Source of the DNA: Zhongshania sp.
Lineage (GTDB): Bacteria; Pseudomonadota; Gammaproteobacteria; Pseudomonadales; Spongiibacteraceae
NCBI RefSeq assembly: GCF_029212375.1
Contig: NZ_JARGNU010000005.1
Span: 161,532-225,531, forward strand
DNA length: 64,000 nt
Direction of reading: 5' to 3'
Shown in pieces: positions 43,277 to 54,465 of this stretch. Both the position numbers and the translations under genes were made by a program. Below the pieces are notes generated by a model. The model made no database searches, was not told the DNA's origin, and saw only the letters and a list, made by a program, of their open reading frames with translations. Each line of letters starts with the position of its first letter. The first letter of the stretch is position 1.

Positions 43277-43828
43277 TTATTTAGTTGGTGGAAACTGATT
43301 CCATATCGCATCCACTGCCTGTTCAGTGATAGCGGCATTGGCTTTGGGGTCGTTGTTGTGCAGTTCGACAACGAGTGAACCCCGCCAGCTTAACTTCATG
43401 TCGGCGGAGCTTAGAAAATCAATAATAATTTGCACATTGCGGTTGACGGTGTCTTTGCCAAGTGGAACACCCACCGAGCTACTCATACCAAAATTGCCGC
43501 CAAAACTGCCAATCCCTAAGCCTAGGCGGGGGCTGCGGTCAATGGTGTCGGCGGCTTCGGCTAAATAGTATTGAACAATGAAGTCGGCCGTTTGGGGCGT
43601 TTTGGCTTTGGTAAACAGACGGTTATTGAGCTGAGTTTGCAGGGCAGTTTTAACATTGTCGATAATAAAGGGTGAGACGCTTTTATCTGCGCCGTTGTTT
43701 TCTGACCAAATGTAGCGTTGGTAGCGACTGAAATCGACGCTCGGGTTGTAGTCACTTACCACTTTGGTGGTGCTGCAAGCACTTAGCAGGGTGGCGAAGA
43801 TGAGCATTAATAGGCTGGTGGTTTTCAT
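43277..43828 (-). CDS. DUF4136-family lipoprotein
   Basis: 183 aa with lipobox LLSAC. The DYNPSVDFSRYQRYIW pattern is typical of DUF4136 as I remember it. Confidence 0.65.
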   Translation of the reverse strand: MKTTSLLMLIFATLLSACSTTKVVSDYNPSVDFSRYQRYIWSENNGADKSVSPFIIDNVKTALQTQLNNRLFTKAKTPQTADFIVQYYLAEAADTIDRSPRLGLGIGSFGGNFGMSSSVGVPLGKDTVNRNVQIIIDFLSSADMKLSWRGSLVVELHNNDPKANAAITEQAVDAIWNQFPPTK

Positions 43829-43838
43829 TTGTTTTTCC

Positions 43839-44435
43839 TTATTGCCAGTGTGGCTGGAAATTTTTGCCTAATTTGGCGCACGCTGCGTGTCTAGGACAGC
43901 TTAGCAGGTGATCGTTTACAAAGCCCAAGGCCTGCAAATTGGCGTAACAAATAGTGCTGCCAAAAAAACGAAAACCGCGCTTTTTAAGATCTTTGCTAAT
44001 CTGGTCAGATTCGGGGCTGGTAGCGGGGATTTCGGCCATACTTTGCCAGTGGTTTTGAATCGGCTTGTCGTTAAAGTAAGACCACATATAGCGGGCAAAG
44101 CTCCCGTATTCTTTTTGGATATCTAAAAATAGCCGAGCATTGCTAATCGCACTTTCAATTTTTAAACGATTGCGCACAATCGCTGGGTTTGCCTTTAAAA
44201 CCTCGACCATAGCCTCGTCAAATTTAGCGACTTTACGAGGGTTGAAATTGGCGAAGGCTTTTTTATAGCCTTCGCGTTTACGCAAAACGGTCAGCCAACT
44301 TAAACCTGCTTGGGCGGCTTCCAAGGTTAAAAACTCAAAATGCTTGGCGTCGTCGTCGCTGGGTACGCCCCACTCTTCGTTGTGATAGCGAATATACAGT
44401 GGGTCGCTTTGGCACCAGCTACAGACTTCAGACAC
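43839..44435 (-). CDS. tag: DNA-3-methyladenine glycosylase I
   Basis: 198 aa. CSWC...YHNEEWGVP, FEFLTLEAAQAGLSW and the C-terminal zinc ligands are Tag-typical. Confidence 0.9.
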   Translation of the reverse strand: MSEVCSWCQSDPLYIRYHNEEWGVPSDDDAKHFEFLTLEAAQAGLSWLTVLRKREGYKKAFANFNPRKVAKFDEAMVEVLKANPAIVRNRLKIESAISNARLFLDIQKEYGSFARYMWSYFNDKPIQNHWQSMAEIPATSPESDQISKDLKKRGFRFFGSTICYANLQALGFVNDHLLSCPRHAACAKLGKNFQPHWQ

Positions 44436-44545
44436 AGCTCACACTCCTTTTTCTAATTCTGGCAGATTACACCATTCACAGCGCTGGCGGCTATGCCATA
44501 ATGAAGGCCATTATTTCCTAATATACTAATTCAACAGGGAGTTCT

Positions 44546-45340
44546 ATGAAAATCATTAAGCCAGTTTTGGCCTTGTTATTGGCGGCAACGGTTGTCGCGT
44601 GCGCTGAGTCGCCTACGGGTCGTCGTCAAGTGCTGCTGTTTTCCGATAGTGAAATGTCGCAAATGGGCGGTACTGCATTTGATGAAATGAAAAAGAAAAT
44701 GACCATCAACAAAGACAGTGCCACCAATCGCTATGTTAGCTGCGTTGCTGATGCGATTACTGCTAGCTTGCCCTCTGAGTGGCGTGGCAGTTGGGAAGTT
44801 GTGGTGTTTGAAGAGGCGTCGGCCAACGCGTTTGCTTTGCCAGGCAAAAAAATTGGCGTGCACACCGGTATATTCGCCGTGGCTAAAAATGCCGATCAGC
44901 TCGCCACGGTTATTGGCCATGAAGTAGGTCATGTATTGGCCCACCACAGTGCAGAGCGCATGTCGGTGCAGAGTGTGGCGGGTACCGGTACTCAGCTGGT
45001 AGGCGTGTTATTGGGTGAGGGCGCCGGTAAAGAAACGGTGATGGGTTTGCTCGGTTTAGGTACCCAGTATGGCGTCGTACTGCCCTATGGCCGCGCTCAA
45101 GAATCAGAAGCGGATTTGGTGGGTTTGGACTTGATGGCCAAGTCTGGCTTTAATCCCGAAGCCAGTATTGCGCTCTGGCAGAATATGAGTGCAGTTGGCG
45201 GCGGACAGCCACCGGAGTTTATGTCTACTCACCCCTCGCATGCCTCGCGTATCAAAGATTTACAGAGGCAGCTAGTAACGGCAAAACCGCTGTATCAGCG
45301 TGCTCAGGCCAATGGCGTTAAGCCGGTATGCCGCCGCTAA
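44546..45340 (+). CDS. M48-family zinc metallopeptidase lipoprotein
   Basis: 264 aa with lipobox VVAC, HEVGHVLAHH (HExxH) and a downstream ESEAD. Confidence 0.85.
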   Translation: MKIIKPVLALLLAATVVACAESPTGRRQVLLFSDSEMSQMGGTAFDEMKKKMTINKDSATNRYVSCVADAITASLPSEWRGSWEVVVFEEASANAFALPGKKIGVHTGIFAVAKNADQLATVIGHEVGHVLAHHSAERMSVQSVAGTGTQLVGVLLGEGAGKETVMGLLGLGTQYGVVLPYGRAQESEADLVGLDLMAKSGFNPEASIALWQNMSAVGGGQPPEFMSTHPSHASRIKDLQRQLVTAKPLYQRAQANGVKPVCRR

Positions 45341-45375
45341 GAGAAGTTCACACGTGTTTTAAAACTAAGTGCGCT

Positions 45376-45404
45376 AGCGACGAGAGGAGGGTTGCCTCGT
45401 CGCT
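45376..45404. terminator. Hairpin between convergent genes (possible terminator)
   Basis: AGCGACGAG-(11 nt)-CTCGTCGCT, a 9-bp perfect stem, lies between the M48 stop (45340) and the cysE stop (45421). There is no clear U-tract. Confidence 0.35.
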
Positions 45405-45420
45405 GGTCTTGCGGCGGATA

Positions 45421-46245
45421 TTATTCGTCGCAACAGGCGCGGTGATTCATCGACAGCGCTGGGGCCAAGCAGTCTGGCTTGCCGATGACCTTGGCTGGTA
45501 CACCAGCGACCATGGTGTGAGCAGGTACGTCACGCAATACCACGCTACCCGCCATGACTTGTGCACCCTCACCAATATGGATATTACCCAATATTTTGGC
45601 GCCAGCGCTGAGTAATACTCCGTCAGCAACTTTCGGGTGGCGGTCGCCTTCCTCTTTGCCGGTACCGCCAAGGGTGACCGACTGCATAATGGAAACATTA
45701 TTGCCGACCACGGCGGTTTCACCAATGACGATCCCCGTGGCGTGGTCCATTAAAATACCGCGACCAATCTTGGCAGCAGGGTGAATATCCACGCCAAACT
45801 CACAGGAAATCCGGTTTTGAAAATACAGTGCCAGCGAGGTCCGACCTTGCAGCCACAGCGCGTGAGCTATGCGGTAGGACTGCAGGGCGTGGAAGCCTTT
45901 AAAGTATAAAAAGGGTATCGACAAGCTCGAGCATGCGGAGTCGCGCTCGAACACCGCGCAGATGTCGGCGCGTATGGCGCGGCCAATCTCTGGGTCGGTA
46001 AGAAATGCTTCTTCAATCACTTCTCGCACCAGTAGAGCAGACGCCGCTGGGCTGTTGAGAATATGCGCCAAGTGATAGCTCAGTGCGGTTTCCAAGGTGT
46101 CGTGGTTGAGAATAGTCGAATGCAGAAAACTGGCCAATACAGGCTCGCGCTCAACCTCGCAGGCGGTCTCCTTGCGGATGGTTTGCCATACGGGGTCGAG
46201 TTTGTCAGTTGTTTTGCTTGCGGCGTGAATAGTCATCGTCAACAC
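45421..46245 (-). CDS. cysE: Serine O-acetyltransferase
   Basis: 274 aa. SATase N-terminal helical domain and hexapeptide repeats (DIHPAAKIGRGILMDHATGIVIGETAVVGNNVSIMQSVTLGGTG). Confidence 0.9.
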   Translation of the reverse strand: MLTMTIHAASKTTDKLDPVWQTIRKETACEVEREPVLASFLHSTILNHDTLETALSYHLAHILNSPAASALLVREVIEEAFLTDPEIGRAIRADICAVFERDSACSSLSIPFLYFKGFHALQSYRIAHALWLQGRTSLALYFQNRISCEFGVDIHPAAKIGRGILMDHATGIVIGETAVVGNNVSIMQSVTLGGTGKEEGDRHPKVADGVLLSAGAKILGNIHIGEGAQVMAGSVVLRDVPAHTMVAGVPAKVIGKPDCLAPALSMNHRACCDE

Positions 46246-46369
46246 GGTAATAGAAAATGTTGCAATAGTATAGCGCTGGCGGCGGCGTCTGTAACGCGGG
46301 TGAGGCTTAGACTACACAACTGGATGTTGCCCTAATGGGTTGCGCCGACGATTCGCGCCCCGCGCTATA

Positions 46370-47308
46370 TTATTTTGCCTTTGGGCGCGGGATTACCTCA
46401 ATTTTGGCGGGCAAGCCTTCCGATCCAATCAATAGCTTTTTGCTGTCGCGACTAAATGTGCCAGCTTCAATCTGCGGCATTCTGTTCACATTTACCACTG
46501 TTGGCGTCTGGTTTAGCGCTTGTAGCCACGTTTGCGTTTTCTTGCGGGGAAAATAATAAGTTTTGCCCAAGGTTACAATGATCGCCGCATCGCCTGCGGG
46601 GCTGAACTCCATGGCGGTGGGCGAAAAGCGGGTGATGCGTCCGGCACCTTGGGCTTGGTGTTTGTCTGCGCTGGGAATACTGCGCACTTCGCCAAGATAG
46701 TTCAGCGGAATCGGCTGGCCGGTGAGTGCATCTAGCGAAAAGCGATAGAGGCGGGGGTGAATGTCGCGTTTGCTAAGGATGTAAACAAAGCGCTCGCGGC
46801 TGTCTACCGCCAGTGCTTCGGCATCGCGGGGGCCGTCTTCATTGACCAATAAAAAATGGCGGCTAATGGCCAATTCCATCTGTGGGCTAGTTAGCGTCTG
46901 GGGTTCCGCTAGCAAATAAACATCGGTGAAGGGCCGGAAGGATAAATTGTCGCCAATATCACCAATTAATAAATAGCTGCCACTGCTGTCGCTGAAGCTA
47001 CTCATGTCCTCCCAGTCAAAGGCTGTTGCGCCTTTGACCTTCAGTTCAGTTAGTAGCTTGCCTTGCTCGTCAAAGGCAAATAGGCGCGAGCTGTCGCCAC
47101 TGTCGTTGTGCGCCCAATAGCGATTGGCGCGACTGGGGCTGGCGCTGATGCCGCTCATTTCCTTGAGTTGGGGGGCATTCACTTGAAACTGCTCGCTAGC
47201 CGCTTCGCTCGCTTTGGCTGCTAAGCTGGGTTGCGGCCAAGCCGAAGCCAAAAGCAAACCCAGAACACAGAACAGTCCGGCAAGTGCGCTAAGTTTGGGG
47301 CGGGCCAT
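46370..47308 (-). CDS. Secreted hypothetical protein (312 aa; possibly beta-propeller-like)
   Basis: ORF track. Signal peptide MARPKLSALAGLFCVLGLLLASA. No family assigned with confidence. Confidence 0.55.
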   Translation of the reverse strand: MARPKLSALAGLFCVLGLLLASAWPQPSLAAKASEAASEQFQVNAPQLKEMSGISASPSRANRYWAHNDSGDSSRLFAFDEQGKLLTELKVKGATAFDWEDMSSFSDSSGSYLLIGDIGDNLSFRPFTDVYLLAEPQTLTSPQMELAISRHFLLVNEDGPRDAEALAVDSRERFVYILSKRDIHPRLYRFSLDALTGQPIPLNYLGEVRSIPSADKHQAQGAGRITRFSPTAMEFSPAGDAAIIVTLGKTYYFPRKKTQTWLQALNQTPTVVNVNRMPQIEAGTFSRDSKKLLIGSEGLPAKIEVIPRPKAK

Positions 47309-47479
47309 AATATTCCTATTGTTTCTGGTGGGGGCGAACGCAGGGGCTGAGCGCTAAGTACCGAGTATAGAGTGCGCTGATGACACTTTGTTCCTGATTT
47401 ATCACGCTAACGGAATGTTAGCTGAACTCTAACTGTGCTCTATATAGACGCCGTCAAGATTGCTTGATAGATTGCATGT

Positions 47480-48157
47480 ATGACTAATTTTATACCTGAC
47501 AATACCTTGTCTAGCAGTAAACCTTATCACCACGGCGACCTGCGGAGGCAATTGCTGGACGCCGCGGCAAGCATCATTCGCGACGAGGGCGAGGCCGCTT
47601 TGTCGATGCGCAAGCTTGCTCAGGAAGTAGGCGTATCGCGCACCGCTCCCTACCACCATTTTAGCGATAAACAGGCCCTGCTGTGCGCAGTGGCAGAAGA
47701 GGGTTTTCGGCGCTTTCGGGTGCAAGTCAGTTTTGGCCCGCAGGCGTATTCGGGCGGCGAAACAAACGCTGCGTTAAGTCCAGTACTCGACGAGGAGACT
47801 ATCCGTAATTTTATCCGCAACTATATCGATTTTGCAGTGAACAATGCCGAATATTACCGACTTATGTTTGGCGGCCATTTGTGGAAGTCGCAACAATTAA
47901 CGGCTTCATTAAAGGATGAGGCCCACGCCTCTTTTAAATTGTATGTTGATCAGGTTAGGGCTTGGCAGCAATTTGCCGCTAAAGAAACTGCGGTGGACGC
48001 ATTGCGCTATGCCCAAGTGAGTTGGTCTACTCTGCACGGCATGAGTTGTTTGTTAATTGACGGTATTTATCTCGACTCTGCGGCTGTGGCCGCCATGACC
48101 GACACCGCGGCGCGGATGTTCTGGCAGCAGCTACGTGGTAGTGAATCCTCGGGCTAG
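47480..48157 (+). CDS. TetR/AcrR-family transcriptional regulator
   Basis: 225 aa. N-terminal [24 protein letters not shown]. It lies upstream of an ABC exporter pair. Confidence 0.85.
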   Translation: MTNFIPDNTLSSSKPYHHGDLRRQLLDAAASIIRDEGEAALSMRKLAQEVGVSRTAPYHHFSDKQALLCAVAEEGFRRFRVQVSFGPQAYSGGETNAALSPVLDEETIRNFIRNYIDFAVNNAEYYRLMFGGHLWKSQQLTASLKDEAHASFKLYVDQVRAWQQFAAKETAVDALRYAQVSWSTLHGMSCLLIDGIYLDSAAVAAMTDTAARMFWQQLRGSESSG

Positions 48158-48258
48158 GCTATCTGGCGCTTCAGATAAAACTGCGCAAGCCTTGCCTCGC
48201 TGGTGTACTTGCTGGACACTTCTCAAGCTTATTGTCGGTTACTTACAAAGGAGCTGCT

Positions 48259-49221
48259 GTGTCGGCCATTATCAAGGTAACAAATTTAAATAAAGTGTAT
48301 GACACTGGCTTTCAGGCCTTAAAAAATGTCAATCTCGAGATCCGTCGCGGCGAAATTTTTGCCCTACTCGGCCCCAATGGCGCGGGCAAGACCACGCTAA
48401 TTAGTATTATTTGCGGCATCGTCAATCCCAGTAGCGGCAATATTAGCGCCGATGGCAGTGATATTGCTCGGGACTACCGCGCAGCGCGCAGCAAAATCGG
48501 ATTGGTTCCTCAGGAGCTATGCACCGATGGTTTTGAAAGTGTGCTGGCAACCGTGAAGTTCAGTCGCGGCCTATTTGGTAAGCCGCCGAATGCTGCGTAT
48601 ATCGAACAGATTTTGCGGCAGCTCTCGCTATGGGACAAAAAAGACTCGCGCATAATGGCTTTGTCTGGCGGTATGAAACGCCGCGTGATGATTGCTAAGG
48701 CGCTGTCTCATGAGCCCGACATTCTGTTTTTGGATGAACCCACCGCGGGGGTGGATGTAGAGCTGCGCCGCGATATGTGGGACATGGTGCGCGGCCTGCG
48801 CGAGCGCGGAGTAACCATTATATTGACCACTCACTATATTGAAGAGGCCGAGGAAATGGCCGATCGCATCGGCGTGATTAGTAAAGGAGAAATCATTCTC
48901 GTCGAAGACAAAAGCGCACTTATGGACAAGCTCGGCCAAAAACAACTGCGCTTACAGCTGCAACAGCCACTCACTGAAATTCCCCTAGAACTGAAGTCCT
49001 ACCCCCTGAGCTTGGGAAAAGAGGGGATGGAATTGATCTACCATTTTGACACCTTGGCGGAGCACACCGGTATCGCCGATTTGTTCCGACGTTTGGATGA
49101 GCATGGCATCGACTATAAAGACTTGCAGTCGCGACAGCGTTCCCTAGAGGAAATTTTTGTCAGCTTGGTGTCGGCGGCGCGGGAAAGTAGCGCAGCGCAA
49201 AATGCGGAGGCGGCACAATGA
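48259..49221 (+). CDS. ABC transporter ATP-binding protein (ABC-2 type exporter)
   Basis: Walker [10 protein letters not shown], signature LSGGMKRR and Walker B ILFLDEP. Start set at the GTG at 48259, which has an AGGAG RBS 6 nt upstream (codon 10 of the tracked ORF). Confidence 0.9.
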   Translation: MSAIIKVTNLNKVYDTGFQALKNVNLEIRRGEIFALLGPNGAGKTTLISIICGIVNPSSGNISADGSDIARDYRAARSKIGLVPQELCTDGFESVLATVKFSRGLFGKPPNAAYIEQILRQLSLWDKKDSRIMALSGGMKRRVMIAKALSHEPDILFLDEPTAGVDVELRRDMWDMVRGLRERGVTIILTTHYIEEAEEMADRIGVISKGEIILVEDKSALMDKLGQKQLRLQLQQPLTEIPLELKSYPLSLGKEGMELIYHFDTLAEHTGIADLFRRLDEHGIDYKDLQSRQRSLEEIFVSLVSAARESSAAQNAEAAQ

Positions 49222-49979
49222 ATATGCACGCGATAAGAGCGATTTATAAATTTGAATTAGGCCGTACTTGGCGCACCTTGATGCAGAGTATTGCCTCGCC
49301 AGTCATCTCGACCTCACTGTATTTTGTGGTGTTTGGATCCGCGATTGGTTCGCGCATGGTGGAGATTGACGGCGTGAGTTACGGGGCGTTCATCATTCCC
49401 GGTTTGGTGATGTTGGCGCTATTGACCGAAAGTATTTCCAATGCCTCTTTTGGTATTTATTTTCCTAAATACAACGGCACCATATACGAGATTTTGTCAG
49501 CGCCGATTTCCATGCGCGAGATTGTAATTGGCTATGTGGGCGCAGCGGCGAGCAAGTCGGTTATTTTGGGTTTAATTATATTGCTCACCGCGCGCTTATT
49601 TGTGGACTACCATATCGCCCACCCGCTTTGGATGATTACCTTTTTGGTGTTAACGGCGATCACCTTTAGCTTGTTTGGTTTTATCATTGGTGTTTGGGCC
49701 GACGGTTTTGAAAAGCTGCAAGTGGTGCCAATGTTAATCGTAACTCCCTTAACCTTTCTTGGTGGGAGTTTCTATTCAATTAGCATGCTGCCGCCACTAT
49801 GGCAGACTATTACCTTGGCGAATCCGGTGGTGTATTTGATTAGCGCCTTTCGCTGGAGTTTTTACGATGTTGCAGATGTGAATGTCGGCGTCAGTGCGGC
49901 AATGATTTTGGTGTTTATGGTCACGTGTTTGGCCCTTATTTATTGGATATTTCGCACTGGCTATCGATTAAAGAATTAG
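49218..49979 (+). CDS. ABC-2 family transporter permease
   Basis: 253 aa with about six TM segments. Its ATG overlaps the ATPase stop. Confidence 0.85.
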   Translation: MNMHAIRAIYKFELGRTWRTLMQSIASPVISTSLYFVVFGSAIGSRMVEIDGVSYGAFIIPGLVMLALLTESISNASFGIYFPKYNGTIYEILSAPISMREIVIGYVGAAASKSVILGLIILLTARLFVDYHIAHPLWMITFLVLTAITFSLFGFIIGVWADGFEKLQVVPMLIVTPLTFLGGSFYSISMLPPLWQTITLANPVVYLISAFRWSFYDVADVNVGVSAAMILVFMVTCLALIYWIFRTGYRLKN

Positions 49980-50070
49980 TGGCGTCACACTGATAAATTG
50001 AACGTAGATTGGCAATTCAGTATTGCCTTGCCGATCTTCTGCGTCGCTCATTGCGCTAAGCTCACTGTTG

Positions 50071-50625
50071 CTAACATGGCCCGCCGGCATTTACCCAGCG
50101 TGTTAAGGCGTCAACAAATTCGCTTTGGCTAAGAGGTGGCGTGGTGCGGTTAGCGCCTGGGCTCCAGCCCCATAATACCAATTCGTCCTCGCTCATATGG
50201 CGCAGCAAGTCACTTAAGCTGCGGTTGCCGTTTTTGCTCAGATCCTTCAGCGCAATGCACAGCTTGCTGGCGTTTAGATCTTCCCATGCCATGCTGAGCG
50301 GGGCTAAACCCCAGTGTGGCGCGCCGGGCACGGCATCGTCAGCGACATTTTCATCCTGGTGACACGCGGCGCACTGCAGCGTTGGCGCGCCGTGATTGTC
50401 GGCGCCGCGCACCACTAATTGATCGTGGCGACGGCGCTCGTCACCCTGGCGGGGAAACTCGGTTTTGGTGTGGCAGTTTAGGCAGCGCGGATGGGTGAGC
50501 ACCTCGTACAGCGGTTGAAACAGGGGCGATTGGGCCATGGCAGTGCTGCTTAACAAGGCTAATAGCATTACACGCGCTGCGCAGATAAACAGGGCGTGTG
50601 GTTTGGTAAAGTGTGCAGTGATCAT
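50071..50625 (-). CDS. Dihaem c-type cytochrome (probable electron acceptor of the adjacent molybdo-hydroxylase)
   Basis: 184 aa with a signal peptide and two CxxCH motifs (CLNCH, CAACH). It starts 13 nt downstream of the Mo-subunit gene. Confidence 0.7.
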   Translation of the reverse strand: MITAHFTKPHALFICAARVMLLALLSSTAMAQSPLFQPLYEVLTHPRCLNCHTKTEFPRQGDERRRHDQLVVRGADNHGAPTLQCAACHQDENVADDAVPGAPHWGLAPLSMAWEDLNASKLCIALKDLSKNGNRSLSDLLRHMSEDELVLWGWSPGANRTTPPLSQSEFVDALTRWVNAGGPC

Positions 50626-50637
50626 TGGCGTCCCCGT

Positions 50638-52854
50638 TTAGGCAAGAATAAAGTTGCTATTACTCAGCGGCAGTTCGCGAATCCGCTCGCCGATGGCGCC
50701 GAAAATTGCGTTAGCGAGGGCGGGACCCACGCAGGGCACACCAATTTCGCCAACGCCGCCGACGGTATTTCCACTATTTACAATCACCGTCTCAATGCTG
50801 GGCGTTTGGTGCATGCGCAGTACGGGGTAGTCATCGAAATTACTCTGTTGGACTACGCCGTCGTCTAAAATGATTTCGCCAAATAACACGCTTGATAATG
50901 CAAAGATAACGGCTGATTCGACCTGGGCAATGACGAGGTCTGGGTTAATTGCGGTGCCGCAATCGACAGCACTGACGACACGATGGATAGTTAATTCACG
51001 GTTCGCCGAAACGGAAACCTCAACCACCTGTGCCACAAAACTATTCCAGTGACCCATTACGGCGATACCTTGGCTTACGCCAGAAGCGCTTTGCCCCCAG
51101 TTGGCCGCTTGGGCTACGGCGTCGAGAACGGCGCGGTGACGCGGCTTTTCGCTGAGCAGCGAGCGACGAAAGGCGTAGGGGTTTTGAGCAACGCGTAGGG
51201 CGAGCTCATCAATAAAGGTCTCTTGCGCGTAAACGTCCGAAAACTTATTTACCGAGCGCATCCACAACGCCGGCATATTTGGTAGCACGGTAAGGTGAAC
51301 GTCCATGCTGACATTGTCGATTTTATAGGGCATGCCGGTTTCAAAATCGGTTAGTTCGGCTAGCGGTGGTAGCTTCATGTCGTGAAGCGCATCTAGCGCA
51401 TTCTCGGCATATAGCGAAGCGGTAACGTCTTGGGTGACTGCGCGATGGGTCCAAGCAGTAATTTTATTTGCCTTGTTCAGCGAGGCGGATACCCGCACCG
51501 ATGCAGCGGGGCGGTAGTAGCCACCCTTCATATCATCTTCCCGCGTCCAAATAACTTTGACTGGTTGTTGTAAAGATTTAGCAACAAAGCAGGCATCGCG
51601 GACAAAATCGGCCAGTGGATTGCCGCGGCGACCAAAGCCGCCACCCGAGGGCATCATGTGGAAGTTTATTTGGTTGGGGAGTAGCCCTAGTACAACACCC
51701 GCAAAAATCTTGTCGAGGCTGGCCGACTGGGTGCCGGTCCAAATCTCTGCGCTGCTGCCGTCGTAATCCACCACCACGTTTAAGGGTTCCATGGCGGCGT
51801 GGGCCATAAACGGAAAATAGTAGTCTGCGCTTAGGGTTTCGCTACTCAAGGTTTGGGCGAGTAGGGTGGAGCCGTCGGAGCGAATAGGTACCCCTGGTAA
51901 ATTGAGTTTAAAGCTGTATTCGGCGCGCTGCTTGGCCGAGTCGGTGCGGCCAGCCAGCAATTCATTCCAGCTGACTTGCAGGGCTTTGCGTCCTTTTTCG
52001 GCTGACCAAAAATCGTCGGCGACGACCGCAACACCGCCAGGGATTCTGTGCACGCCGCGCACCCCAGAAACGGCGAGTGCGGCGTTGTCATCAATATTCA
52101 AGGCTTGGCCATTGAAGCGGGGCGGCCGAGCGATGAGTGCGGTGAGCATACCGGGAATATCCACGTCCATGCCGTACTTAAAGCTACCGTCGGTTTTGGC
52201 GCTGGCGTCGGTGCGCTCACGAGAGGTGCCGATAATGCGGTAGCTGGCGGGGTCTTTCAGGGCTGGATTGGCGGGCACATTTTGCTCAGCGGCAGCGCTG
52301 GCAAGTTCGCCGTAGCTGGCACTGCGGCCGCCAATGTCGTCAATGACATAGCTGGCTTCGGTGCGCAGACTGCTGGCACTTACCTCCCATCGCTCGGCGG
52401 CAGCACTGAGGAACATTTGTCTGATGGTGGCGCCAACACTGCGCTGGGTGTCGAAATAGCCGCGAATTGCCGAACTCGCCACCGTAAATTGCAATAGGTT
52501 TTGGAAATAGGGGTTGTTAAAGCGGGTGGCAACCGGTGACAGTTCAGCGCTGACTAGACTCCAGTCGGCGTCCAGTTCTTCGGCAACAATCATGGGAATC
52601 GCGGTGAGCGCACCTTGTCCAATTTCTGCTGCGCCAACAAGCACCGTAATTCGGTTGTCGGTGCCAATCCGCATAAATTCGCTGAGTTGGTATTCTTCGC
52701 TCGGTGACGCCGGCGTGTTGTCGCTAGGGGCGATGTTGGAATTGGCTGTTGTACCACCAGATGAGCTGCCGCCACAGGCAACAAGTAGGCCGCCACTTGC
52801 CATCACGCTGACTTTAATAAAATCTCGCCGATTAAATCCTGAATGCTTTTTCAT
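50638..52854 (-). CDS. Xanthine-dehydrogenase-family molybdopterin-binding subunit (IorB/aldehyde oxidoreductase-like), Tat-exported
   Basis: 738 aa. Twin-arginine signal FNRRDFIKVSVMASGGLLVA. Size and layout match the beta subunits of isoquinoline oxidoreductase/membrane aldehyde dehydrogenase. Confidence 0.85.
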   Translation of the reverse strand: MKKHSGFNRRDFIKVSVMASGGLLVACGGSSSGGTTANSNIAPSDNTPASPSEEYQLSEFMRIGTDNRITVLVGAAEIGQGALTAIPMIVAEELDADWSLVSAELSPVATRFNNPYFQNLLQFTVASSAIRGYFDTQRSVGATIRQMFLSAAAERWEVSASSLRTEASYVIDDIGGRSASYGELASAAAEQNVPANPALKDPASYRIIGTSRERTDASAKTDGSFKYGMDVDIPGMLTALIARPPRFNGQALNIDDNAALAVSGVRGVHRIPGGVAVVADDFWSAEKGRKALQVSWNELLAGRTDSAKQRAEYSFKLNLPGVPIRSDGSTLLAQTLSSETLSADYYFPFMAHAAMEPLNVVVDYDGSSAEIWTGTQSASLDKIFAGVVLGLLPNQINFHMMPSGGGFGRRGNPLADFVRDACFVAKSLQQPVKVIWTREDDMKGGYYRPAASVRVSASLNKANKITAWTHRAVTQDVTASLYAENALDALHDMKLPPLAELTDFETGMPYKIDNVSMDVHLTVLPNMPALWMRSVNKFSDVYAQETFIDELALRVAQNPYAFRRSLLSEKPRHRAVLDAVAQAANWGQSASGVSQGIAVMGHWNSFVAQVVEVSVSANRELTIHRVVSAVDCGTAINPDLVIAQVESAVIFALSSVLFGEIILDDGVVQQSNFDDYPVLRMHQTPSIETVIVNSGNTVGGVGEIGVPCVGPALANAIFGAIGERIRELPLSNSNFILA

Positions 52855-52863
52855 GGCCCGCTC

Positions 52864-53322
52864 CTACAGTTGCTCGCTAGCAATTTTGTGTATTGCCTTG
52901 CGAATACGTGGGTAGGTGCCGCAGCGGCAAATATTGCCCGACATGGCGCGGTCGATGTCTTGATCGCTGGGCGCGGAATTACTTTTGAGCAGAGCGGTGG
53001 CCGCCATAATCTGGCCAGACTGGCAGTAGCCGCATTGGGGCACGTTCAGCTCGCGCCAGGCATTTTGCACTAGGCTGCCGATATGCTCATTGCGAATGTC
53101 TTCAACGGTGCGCACGGCCTTATTGCCAATTGCGCCCACGGGTAACACACAGGAGCGAGTGGGTTGGCCGTCGATATGCACGGTGCAGGCGCCACAGAGC
53201 GCTTGACCGCAGCCGTATTTACTGCCAGTTAGCTTGAGGTTTTCACGTAATACCCACAACAAGGGTTTGTCTTCGGGGGCGTCCACGGTTTGGGCAACAC
53301 CGTTTACTTGGATTGTTAGCAT
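52864..53322 (-). CDS. (2Fe-2S)-binding small subunit of the molybdo-hydroxylase
   Basis: 152 aa with two [2Fe-2S] Cys clusters (CGQALCGAC...C; CGYCQSG...CRCG). Confidence 0.9.
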   Translation of the reverse strand: MLTIQVNGVAQTVDAPEDKPLLWVLRENLKLTGSKYGCGQALCGACTVHIDGQPTRSCVLPVGAIGNKAVRTVEDIRNEHIGSLVQNAWRELNVPQCGYCQSGQIMAATALLKSNSAPSDQDIDRAMSGNICRCGTYPRIRKAIHKIASEQL

Positions 53323-53565
53323 GCCTTAACTCCTAATCGAACCGTTGCGGCGGTTTGAGCTGATAGCGATGCACTGCGCCACTTTGGGTAAAAGGGGCTG
53401 GCCGGGTGAATACTGGCTGTGCTTACGACGTAGTTTTATTTTATTTTACAGTGGCCTAACGGCGGCACTGTGTGTGCCGCCGAAAGTAGCAGCGAATGTT
53501 ATACGTGTAAACACTGGGAGTGGATCATTGTGATGGGCATCTAAATTACTACTATTTAAAATTAC

Positions 53566-54444
53566 TCAGTAAGGCAGGCGCAGCGGCGCTTCTTGCATCA
53601 AGGCCAGCTGTTCCCGCAATTGTAAAATATGCTCGCCCCAGTAGCGCTCGGTGTTAAACCAAGGGAAGGCTTTGGGAAACGCTGGATCCTGCCAGCGGCG
53701 CGCTAGCCATGCGGCGTGGTGCATAATTCGCAGGCTGCGTAGCGCCTCGATGAGACCCAGTTCTTTGGGATTGAAATCGTAGAACTCATTGTAGCCTTCC
53801 ACTAACTCCATAATGGCGCGCTGTTGGGCGTCCTGCTCGCCAGAGAGGAACATCCATAAATCCTGTATGGCTGGAGCCATGCGGCTGTCGTCAAAGTCGA
53901 CCAGCCAGGTTTCGCCGTTGCGCGACAAAATATTGCCAACATGGCCGTCGCCGTGGGTGCGGATATACTGAGGTGCAATGTCTGTAAAGCGCTGGTGAAC
54001 GCGTTTTAACAAATCTGCGCTGAGGCTGGCGTAAGCATCGCTTAAATTGCTTGGAATTACCCCGTCGAGGATAAAACTGCGGCTTTCGTCGCCAAAACTG
54101 GTGGTATCTAAGGTCGGCCGATATTGAAAAGGCGTGCTGGCGCCAACCAGATGCAGGCGGCCAATGAGGCGGCCGAGTTGAAAGAGATTGTCCATATCGT
54201 CGAGGGCTGGGGCGTGCCCCCCGCGACGGGGGTAAAGTGCGAAGCGGTAGCCTTCGAAGCTGAATAAACTAGCGCCCGCTTCATTGCGCCAGGGCGCAAT
54301 GACAGGAATATCGGTATCAAAGAGTTGCTGGGTAAATTGGTGCTCCTCTAGAATCTGCTCGTCGCTCCAGCGTTCGGGGCGATAAAATTTCACTACTAGT
54401 GGTTCTTTGTCTTCCAACCCAAATTGGTACACTCGATTTTCGTA
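53566..54444 (-). pseudogene. srkA: 5'-truncated native stress-response kinase gene srkA/rdoA (yihE family)
   Basis: The reading frame matches SrkA from YENRVYQFG.. to the C-terminus (FYRPERW, HGDGHVGNIL, DFDD, PAFPKAFPWFNTERYW). An in-frame TAA at 54451-54453 replaces the first 35-40 codons. No ATG and no homologous N-terminus lie upstream. The tracked ORF uses an internal GTG. Confidence 0.75.
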
Positions 54445-54465
54445 GCAACCTTAATTGCCGCGTTT

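Noticed and set aside
51866-52915. Several 125-149-aa plus-strand ORFs
   Set aside because: All are antisense to the 738-aa molybdopterin subunit gene and are shadow ORFs.
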